Below are positions 53,711 to 64,000 of a DNA stretch of 64,000 nt, one piece after another. The DNA comes from Octopus sinensis (taxonomy: Eukaryota). Numbering within the stretch: position 1 is the first letter of the stretch; each line of letters starts with the position of its first letter. The stretch lies in the NCBI RefSeq assembly GCF_006345805.1, contig NC_042998.1:4402001-4466000 (forward strand), read 5' to 3'. A model generated the notes under the pieces. It was given only the letters and a program-made list of their open reading frames with translations. It did no database searches and was not told the origin of the DNA. The position numbers and the translations under genes are program-made.

Positions 53711-54073
53711 TATCCACCATTAGACTCAAATAATAGCGTCTTTAATCTCTTTAATATGTATTTATTCATATATTTTCTCTCGCATCAGAATGCTGTAAAG
53801 TAAACAACAATCTTTGGTGATTAATCTATCGTTCCTTTTTTTTTTCTTTTATGCGCCATTCCATGATAGGAATTCATTTCTTACCTAAGGACATGACAAA
53901 ATAGAACTCGGTTTTATTGAATATAGACTACAAATCTCTTTAGAAACGTTGCTGTGTCTCCAGTTATTAATTTTTTCGTTTCCACTTATCTGATTTTTTC
54001 TTCTATAGGATTGTGTATACATATATACATACATATATACATACATACATACGTACATACATACATACATACA

Positions 54074-54129
<56 letters not shown>

Positions 54130-54252
54130 TACAGATACACACACAAATAAGCATATATATATACAAACATAATATGCTTATATATGTTTATATACACATA
54201 TATCTACATATATACATATATGAGTATACATATGCGTATATAACAAAATATG

Positions 54253-54296
<44 letters not shown>

Positions 54297-54395
54297 TGGC
54301 CATTGGATTCGTGATGCGTGTTTTATGAGTGAATATATTTTTGTGCTCTTCTGTAAGTGAATATATAGAGAGTGTTTGTTTATGCATTTGTGTGC

Positions 54396-54451
<56 letters not shown>

Positions 54452-55039
54452 GTGCGTGTAAGAGTGTGTATACGTGAGCTTGGGTAAGATTGTGTGTATG
54501 CGAGCACGAGTGTATGTCAACAAATATATGCGTCTGGACGTATATAATAAACTAAGAAACAGAATATTAATGGAGAAACAAACACAAAAGAAAGCTATGA
54601 ACAGAAAGTTAAGATTATAGAAAGTGGTCAGAAAGAATAAAGAAAATGTTGATGAAAAGAAAGAAGCAAAAAAAGAAAGAAGAAGAAGGGAAAATAAGCA
54701 TCATAGGAAATGGAATAAGCAAGTAACGAAAACTAAGATTTAAAAATTTTCGTGCATTGATATATTCATTATTTGTGTATCATGCTCCATCTGTAGCAAT
54801 ATTGATCAGATAAGTCAAATGCGTCTTCTGTAAACATATCGACATAATATATTTTTTAGCGTTTGTCGAAGTCTTCTCATCATATCATGCTTTCTCTTTA
54901 TAACAGCAGCCAATCTTTCATGCATTATTTACACATCATAACGTCTTTGTGTACGACGTTGATGGTCTAAATATGCCTTGTGCATGGTACCCACTGTATT
55001 CTCTGTCTACTACTACTGTTGCTGCTGCTGCTGCTGCTG

Positions 55040-55110
<71 letters not shown>

Positions 55111-55142
55111 GCTGCTACTACTACTTATAATAATAATAATTA

Positions 55143-55350
55143 TGATTTCAAATTTTTGCCACAAGGGAAGCTTGGGGAGGGGATTAAGTCGATTACATTG
55201 ACCCCAGTGCGTAACTGGTACTTATTTAATCGACCCCGAAAGGATGAAAGGCAAAGTCGATCTCGGCGGAATTTGAACTCAGAACATAGTGGCAGACGAA
55301 ATAGCGCAAAGCATTTCGACCTGCGTGCTAACGTTTCTACCAGCTTGCTG
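55143..55350 (-). mobile_element. SINE family S3
   Basis: gaccccagtgcgtaactggtac...cgaaaggatgaaaggcaaagtcga...aatttgaactcagaac matches 14490-14640. Confidence 0.85.
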
Positions 55351-55374
55351 CTTTAATAATAATAATAATAATAA

Positions 55375-55931
<557 letters not shown>

Positions 55932-55934
55932 GCT

Positions 55935-56097
55935 GCAAATTTTGTGACAAGGACAACAATTTTGGGGGATGGGGATAATCGATTACATCGACCCCACTAC
56001 TTGACTGGTACTTAATGTGTCGACATCGAAAGATGAATAGTAAAGTCCACCTAGGCGGAATTTGAACTCAGAACGTAGCGGCAAACGAAATACCACC
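55935..56097 (-). mobile_element. SINE family S3
   Basis: Diverged match to 55143-55310. Confidence 0.75.
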
Positions 56098-56145
56098 ATG
56101 CAAATGCACCTTTCTAATGCAGGCATATGGCATGAAAACTGAACA

Positions 56146-56548
56146 GCAGGAGTGGCTGTGTGGTAAGTAGCTTGCTCACCAACCACATGGTTCCGGGTTC
56201 AGTCCCACTGCGTGAAACCTTGGGCAAGTGTCTTCTACTATAGCCTCAAGCCGACCAAAGCCTTGTGAGTGGATTTGGTAGACGGAAACTGAAAGAAGCC
56301 CGTCGTATATATGTATATATATATAAATATGTGTGTGTATATGTTTGTGTGTCTGTCTTTGTACCCCCAACATCGTTTGATAACCGAAGCTGGTGTGTTT
56401 ACGTTCCCGTAAGCTAGCAGTTCGGCAAAAGAGACCGATAGGATAAGTACTAAGCTTCCAAAGAATAAGTCCCGGGGTAGATTTGCTTGACCAAAAGCGG
56501 TGCTCCAGCATGGCCGCAGTCAAATGACTGAAGCAAGTAAAGAAAAGT
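56146..56548 (+). mobile_element. SINE family S1
   Basis: Match to the other S1 copies; the first few bases are missing. Confidence 0.88.
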
Positions 56549-56851
56549 GTAAGTACGACGATTTGGAGTGGAAAATAACGAGGAACGTAGACAAATAGAA
56601 TACAAATAGTGATACAAATAGAAATTGGCGCACTTGGAAATATCAGCACGCAAAAACTAACATGTTACAAAAAGATTGGTACGGTTGTAAAGGTAGAATC
56701 CCTACAAAAATCTTCTTACCTTGGAACTGCAAGAATTCTTCGTAGGCCTCTTGAAGCATGACCAGGAAACAAGCATCTCGTTAGTCTGCTGGCCTGTGGA
56801 CAGCCGGCACTTTCCATCATACCCAACAAAATACGCTGAGAGTTTTCATCA

Positions 56852-56904
<53 letters not shown>

Positions 56905-56910
56905 TAATAA

Positions 56911-57030
56911 GACACCGGACACGGAAGACACCGGGGACGGAAGAGAAGACACCGGGGACGGAAGAGAAGACACCGGGGACGGAAGAGAAGACACCGGGAA
57001 CTTTTAAGAGAAGACACCGGGGACGTTTAA
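56911..57030 (+). repeat. 21-bp tandem repeat at the Dong 5' end
   Basis: Unit gaagagaagacaccggggacg: about 3 perfect copies plus 2-3 variant copies. Confidence 0.9.
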
Positions 57031-60000
57031 GATGTAAGAAGGAAAATACAGAGCTCCGAAATCTATCCACAAACATCGAAAACAAGGACACCCTATAGAG
57101 CCAAAGATTTACTAACAAAGAATTGGACTATATCCGAGTAAGTAATACGAATTGAAATTTATTACTATTTTCGAAACGAAATGATGTATTTTGACTCGAT
57201 ATTATCTCCACCTCTAACACAACACATGTAAACATGCGTGGAACATCACGATCATCCCCGACCTCAAACACCAGGTACAAAGGAACTACGAAGAAATTAA
57301 ATGCCACCGATACTATTCAACCCAAGAATAACAATCGAGCGGTACGTACATTAAACCTACAACAAAAAATGTACGAAAAACTACACGTGCGAAATAATGT
57401 GACAACAGAAATAAACGGACCGGTACCCTACGAAAATGACGACCGTCAAAATAATGGGCAGGACGTTGTACCTGATGTCCCGGAATTAAAACCCAAAAGA
57501 CGTAAATGGACACGTGAGGAATACATTTCTATCTTACACGCATACTTCACAGCAATGCTCTACCCACAAAATGAAAATACAACAACACATACATATAAAA
57601 TATGGAAGGAAAATAATAGAGGTATAGACTTGGATACAGCAATGAACCCTAATAAATTAGCTAACGTACGAAGATACATTCTCAAAGCCAAAAAAATATC
57701 AGAAATAGAAACAGAACATTTAAAAGAAAAAATACACCAGGCAAATGTAGATAGAAGCCACACAACAATGCCCAATAATATAAACACTGAAACTGTAAAA
57801 CACGAAGACAAACGCAACATTCCCAACAAACACGATGTAAACAACGAAGGGGAGCCTAATGATTATGATAATATAAAAAATAAAATAATCAAAGAACTAA
57901 AAACCAGAAAGCTCAAAATGGACCACCGACCATACCTCCCAAGAATAAAAATAAACGCAATAACAACACCAATTATAAACAACATAAACCTAGCCGTCAC
58001 TGAACTAGCCACTGAAACAAAAAAAAGTGATATCACTGAACTAAATGACTTGATATACGCAGCAGCCACTGCAGCCACAAAAGAAGCTGGATACTCACCC
58101 AAACCCGCCCAAACAGGAGTACCACCACCCAAACAAACCCTGTGGATAAATAGCATCCAAAACAAAATAAAAAAAATTAGAAAAGACCTGTCGATTCTTA
58201 ATGAAATCAGCAAACAATCAACGCTACTGAGCAACAAAAAGAGAACAAAAATGCTCCGCAAATATAACATCACAGAAAAAGATTTGCCGGAGATAAAAGA
58301 AAAGCTGAAGCAAGATATCCTTGCCAAAGCTCAAAGGATCCGCCGGTACGAGAAACGCCAACGCTTCTTTGAACAGAACAAAAAGTTCAACTCCAAACCC
58401 AAAAAGTTCTACCAAGAACTGGGAAAAAATAAAATAGAAGTCACTGCAGCACCAACGGCAGAAGAATTGTAAGAATTCTGGAGAGAAATATGGTCGGCGA
58501 ACGAACAACCAAAAAAAAAGGAGTATCAAAATAACAAACTCGGCATCTGAACAACTTTGGACTCCCATTACAACTGAAGAGGTCACCCAGGCACTGCAAA
58601 ACTAAGCAACTGGAAGGCACCTGGGCATGACAAGATCCCCAACTTCTGGTTGAAATATCTAACAGGAATGCACAAAAAGCTGGCTGAAAACTTTAACAGC
58701 ATACTAGCAGAGCCAGAGACAATGCCTGAATGGCTCACGAAGGGGAAAACCATCTTAATTCCCAAATCAAATGAAACAACAAAACCAGAAAACTACAGAC
58801 CAATAACCTGCCTCCCTACTATGTTCAAGGCATTTACTGCAGTGATAACGCAAAGGCTGAACAAGCACCTGGACGAAAACAGACTTTTCCCAGAAGAGCA
58901 GAAAGGATGCCGCAAGGGCTCATATGGCTGTAAAGATCAACTAATGATTAATAAAGACGTAACTGAAGACAGCCACAGAAAGAAGAAAGGCCTCAGTATG
59001 GCCTGGATTGACTACAAAAAGGCGTTTGATAGCATCCCCCACATATGGATCCTCGAAACACTAGCCATTAACAAAGTAGCACCAACAATCATAAAATTCA
59101 TAGAGCACTCTATGAATAAATGGCAAACAGTCCTACACCTCCAAACAAAAGAGGGACTCATGAAAACCAAAGACATCCCCATTAGAAGAGGAATATTCCA
59201 GGGAGACACGCTCTCTCCCCTCCTTTTCTGCTTGGCACTGTCACCTCTATCTGATATGCTAAATAGAACTGGATGCGGATATAAATGTTACGGCAAAACG
59301 ATCAGCCACCTTTTATATATGGATGACCTAAAACTATACGCTGCAAATGACAAACAGCTGGAAACACTTTTAAAGACAGTTCATGGATTTACCAAAGAAA
59401 TAGATATGAAATTTGGATTAGAAAAATGCGCCAAAGTAACCATGAAAAGAGGAAAACTAGTTAAGAGTAACAACATCACACTAGATAAAACCAATGAAAT
59501 AAAAGAATTAGACCAAAGCCAAACTTACAAATACTTAGGAATCCATGAACTAGATAAGACACAACACACACAAATGAAAGAGAAAATAAAAGAAGAATAT
59601 TATAGACGAGTTAGATCAATACAAAAAACAGAGCTCAATGATAAAAACAAGATAATAGGTATCAACACTTTAGCTGTCCCAGTTATAAGTTACAGCTACA
59701 ATATCCTTAACTGGACACGAAATGAACTGTCCAAAATAGATAGGAAAACAAGAAAAATACTGACAGGATCTAGGATGCATCACCCAAAATCTGACATAGA
59801 AAGACTATATATACAACGTATAGAAGGTGTAGAGGCCTTATACAGCTGGAAAACTACTATAAAATAACCACCATAGGACTGCAAAAATATCTACTTCAGA
59901 AGGAAGGAAAACTGATCCAGATAGCAGCAAAACACGAGCAAAACAAAAAACTGTTCTCAGTATTTAAGGAAGCTGACAAATACAAACAAGAAATCATACC

Positions 60001-60971
60001 ACCTAATAAACACAAAGAAGAAGAAGAAGATGATGAAGAAACAACAAAAGCTATGAAACAAATGAAATCCAAACTAAAAATAGAACAGCAACGAGCCATG
60101 ATAAAACGATGGCAAGAAAAGCCCCTTCATGGTAAATACTGCACTAAACTAAACGCAAAAGAAATAGACAAAGAAAAATCCCAGCAATGGTTGAGAAGCT
60201 CAGGACTCAAAGCAGAAACAGAGGGATTTTTAATTGCAGCACAAGACCAAAGCCTCCCCACCAGAAATTACCAAAAACATGTAATGAAAAGAAATATTAC
60301 AAGTAACTGCAGAATATGTGGAGATGGACAAGAAACAATAAATCATATTATCTCTAGCTGCCCAGTCCTGGCTAAGAAGGAATATATTCAGACATGACAG
60401 AGTTGGAACCTACATACATTGGAAGCTATGCCAACATTATGGAATAACAACAGAAAAAAGATGGTATAGGCACACACCAGAAAAGGTCACAGAAAACGAG
60501 AAAGCAACCATACTCTGGGATATGCCGATACACACAGATAGAGAAATTAAGGCCAATAGACCAGATATAGTTGTCAGAGATCATGAAGAAAAAAAATGCT
60601 TTCTAATTGATGTATCAATACCGTCAGATGACAACGTGTCTCTAAAAGAAATGGAGAAACTCTCTAAATACAAAGACCTGGAAATAGAGGTAACTAGAAT
60701 GTGGAACCTGAAAACAGAAACAATTCCTATCATAGTAGGTGCATTAGGCATGATAAAAAATATTCAGACAAATACATAACAAAAACACCAGGACTTACGA
60801 ACACATATAACATACGGAAAATTGCACTACTAGGCACTGCACACATCCTACGCAGAACACTTTCCATACAATAATCATCAGAGCATCACAACAAATCACA
60901 GCACATACCCAAGGCACACAGAGCTGCGCTCGGTAGTGAAGTGAAAGCACGCTATAAAAATAAAACTACTG
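56911..60971 (+). mobile_element. Near-full-length R4/Dong-clade non-LTR retrotransposon, family A (copy 2)
   Basis: ORF pieces 57234-58472, 58650-59867 (RT with intact YMDD), 60053-60397 (CCHC knuckle) and 60522-60779 (endonuclease); (TAA)n at both ends. Confidence 0.96.
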
Positions 60972-61259
60972 AATAATAATAATAATAATATGGCACACTG
61001 AGTTGATCCTGTGGGGTTAACCGTGAGAGAAGAACCTATTCAACCTCAGTTTAATTTTTCATGAAGATGGCGTCATCACAAAATAGTGAGGGCCAGATAA
61101 CCAGCGCTGTTTTTAGTATGACACTTTCTCTCTATGATGAGGTATCATGTAAACTTACATATTGAAAATTTTGGAAACAGACTGGAGACTTTTGGGAAGC
61201 ATTGTCACTATGCTTCTGCTCAACATCAGAGCATTATAAAATTACAGTTCTATATTGAA

Positions 61260-61430
61260 GAGATGAGGAATTTTGTACATTATTTTACATTATTTACATT
61301 CGACGGATAATTGTCCCCATATTGTTTGTTATTAACAACGTTTCGGCTGATATACCCTCCAGCCTTCATGAGGTGTCTTGAGGAAATTTCGAACCTGGGT
61401 TCTCATTCCTAAAGTCTTTTTTGATGCTAT
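61260..61430 (-). mobile_element. Short element with hammerhead-like motif, abutting (TAA)n
   Basis: Reverse complement: acac-CTCATGA-a-ggctg/gagggtatat/cagcc-GAAAC-GT-T-gt at 61334-61376; one core substitution (G5 to C). Confidence 0.65.
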
Positions 61431-61441
61431 TATTATTATTC

Positions 61442-61562
<121 letters not shown>

Positions 61563-61671
61563 GTTGTTGTTATTTTTATTATTATTATTATTGTTATTAT
61601 TATTATTATTATTATTGTTGTTGTTGTTGTTGTTGTTGTTCAGGTTACTTAACAATAATAATAATAATAAT

Positions 61672-61785
61672 AACATCGAAAAATACCTTAGGAATGAAGA
61701 CCCAGTTTCCAAACGTTGTGTTAACAACAGACAAGATGAGGAAAAATATCCGGCTAATGTAAATAATGTAAATAATGTAAATAAT
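61672..61785 (+). mobile_element. Second, inverted copy of the 61260-61430 element lacking the hammerhead core
   Basis: Shares ttaggaatga.gacccag and aaacgttg...atgtaaataatgtaaa. Confidence 0.6.
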
Positions 61786-62689
61786 GAATATACATATAGC
61801 CATCATTCCTTTACAGTAAGCAACGTGGGGAACAAGAAAGCAAATAAAAAAAGCAATGAAATATATATTTAAATGAGAAAGGTCCAAACATTTCCGGAAA
61901 GGGACCATGAATATTTTGGATTGAAATTTAACAACAGTATACAATGAATTATGGGTCACGTATTATGGTTCAGGAATGAAAAATACCACTGTGACATAGA
62001 AATTGATGTGACAGAGTGAACGGCCGACCAAGAATTACAAGAACTAACAAGTTGAAACAAGAGTGGTTAAAAACGTGCAGATAAAATTATATATATTGTA
62101 GACAGTTTTGAAGATGATCCACTAGAGAAATTTCAGCAACTGAGAGTTAAAAGTGGTTAACTTAAAAGTAATGGCATGACTCTTAGTGAAAGGTAATGTA
62201 TTGAAAATTAAGATATGATTTTATAAATACTGGAGATGTCAGCACACTGATATTAGCGGGTGCAAATATAGTCTAGACCTGTTGAGAAGAAAGAAGCACA
62301 AGAGACGGATTGGCAATTATTTTGGTGGAAAAAATGGATATAAAGTAATATTACCAGACATAGAAGAGATATAAATACCTCGGCCAAGTGAAAGCGAGAC
62401 AGCTTTCAAGAGTAAATTGCAGATCAAAGGGAGTGAGGCAGGTTAATAGAATTGGAAGTGAAGCGGTTAGTGAAGAGCTAAAGCGAAGAGAGAGGTAAAA
62501 TGTTGCTCAAATTAGAAAATACAGAGAAAGAAATAACTAGCAAAATCACGTTTTTCACACAGAATAAGACAGAGAGAAATGATAAAATAAAGCCACAGAA
62601 TGAAGAAAACTATTTATTCAGGGGAGAAATCTGAGAGAAAGTTGTGAAGCAAAAATATGCACTACAATGAATAAAACAAGTGAAAAATT

Positions 62690-62940
62690 AACTGCACAAA
62701 ACTTTTAAGACTCAGAAGAATTTTCACCTTCACGAAAGCTGGACTTCTTTCTGTCAAGTGTTCCAGATGAACCAACTTCGCAGCAGGAGGTGCAGATGAG
62801 GGCAGCTGCATCAAACTCCCATGCACCAAATGTCTATTCCTAAAAAGCATTCGTGGAACAAAATTATGTAGCAACACCAAATGGCAGAGCCCCAGCATGG
62901 CCACAGCTCGTGAGCCGAAACTAGATAAAATAAAAAGATA
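62690..62940 (+). mobile_element. 3' end of a second CR1-group LINE
   Basis: With one frameshift reads KLDFFLSSVPDEPTSQQEVQMRAAASNS, the LDxFL..PDEP...SNS end motif; tail ccagcatggccacagctcgtgagccgaaac. Confidence 0.7.
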
Positions 62941-63470
62941 AATAAGATGTAAATTCAGTTAGAAAATATGGAAAGCTGCTGGACTAAAACTTGTTCAAGA
63001 TTACTGACTGAAGATTTTATAATCTTCGCGAAATCATAATAAAACAAGTAGATGAGTGTATTACAGAAGCGGATGCATCGATACTGCAAGCTAAAGGAGG
63101 AACTCGAAAAATTAAAAAAAGTACTGTCGCATAAATATCGTCCACTTCCGGGTTTACCACTTCTGATGAAGTTCCTAACGTTGATAATTGCTGTAGACAT
63201 AAATTACCTTCTACACAGGAAGCATGTAATTCTTTACAAAATAGTAGAATGAAACGTTAATGATTGATAAGATGGTCGTGAGGGACAGCAGGAAGTATTT
63301 AAGAAATTTTTGCATAATGTTGATTAATTATAAATGTCATATTACCTAGTCCCAGTCTCGTAGATCAAATGATATCTAGAACTCGGAAACAAATTACCTA
63401 TTTGAAAATGAAATGTGATATTGGACAGGAGGGGAAAAACAAGCCATAATGATTATAATAATAATAATAA

Positions 63471-63515
<45 letters not shown>

Positions 63516-63518
<3 letters not shown>

Positions 63519-63593
63519 CACAGCACATACCCAAGGCACACAGAGCTGCGCTCGGTAGTGAAGTGAAAGCACGCTATAAAAATAAAACTACTA
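63516..63593 (+). mobile_element. R4/Dong family A, 3' terminus only
   Basis: Matches 60894-60971; (TAA)n on both sides. Confidence 0.92.
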
Positions 63594-63630
<37 letters not shown>

Positions 63631-63634
<4 letters not shown>

Positions 63635-63903
63635 GCATGATAGAGCAGCACAATGTATTCCCTGGGTAACTTGCAAAAACTTGGACCTGCCACATGATAA
63701 AAACTGATAGGAACACGAGCCACCTCTAGTGCTTCAAAATGATCACATTTCACTCCTCTGAACTTCACCATTCCAACTGACAGAAAGATAGATGCGAATA
63801 GGCTAGATATTATATTGAAAGACTTCAAACAAAAATCATGCCTCCTCATTAATATGACTGTCCCAATCGATATAAATGTATTTGTAAAGACCTACCAAAA
63901 GCT
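63631..63903 (+). mobile_element. R4/Dong family B fragment
   Basis: Matches 42596-42865; preceded by (TAA)n. Confidence 0.85.
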
Positions 63904-64000
63904 GTTCACTATTGGGTTATTACGTACAGCAAATAATACTATGTTAAGAAAGAAATACATAAACATAGATATTTTCTTTTTTTAATAATTCGTTTTTACT

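Noticed and set aside
56911-57030. Regularly spaced 21-bp repeats resembling a CRISPR array
   Set aside because: No unique spacers, eukaryotic context, and part of the Dong 5' end.
57130-57145. Splice donor GAGTAAGT in the Dong 5' UTR of both copies
   Set aside because: No convincing acceptor conserved in both copies.
63052-63252. 66-aa ORF and nearby CTGATGAA
   Set aside because: No recognisable family and no complete hammerhead fold.

Overview
AT-rich, microsatellite-dense eukaryotic intergenic or intronic DNA, most likely from an octopus or related coleoid cephalopod (inferred from the tRNA-derived SINE families and the repeat landscape). No host protein-coding gene can be supported; nearly all long ORFs in the track are translations of simple repeats. 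The window is a stack of mobile-element remains. (1) Two near-full-length R4/Dong-clade site-specific LINEs (RT plus restriction-like endonuclease) in opposite orientations at 37980-41947 and 56911-60971, plus about 8 fragments of at least four Dong-like lineages; the young copies sit in (TAA)n. (2) A non-coding element of about 550 bp that also sits in (TAA)n. (3) Several tRNA-derived SINE families. (4) CR1-group and RTE LINE 3' ends, two decayed mariners and a Helitron helicase remnant. (5) The most striking signal: at least 13 type I hammerhead-ribozyme-like motifs from about 9 unrelated sequence families. Six motifs have an intact catalytic core, and most lie in short elements within or beside (TA)n microsatellites. 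One lies downstream of a GIY-YIG endonuclease remnant, which points to Penelope-like retroelements and possibly retrozyme-type non-autonomous derivatives. All folds were read by eye and none has been tested.
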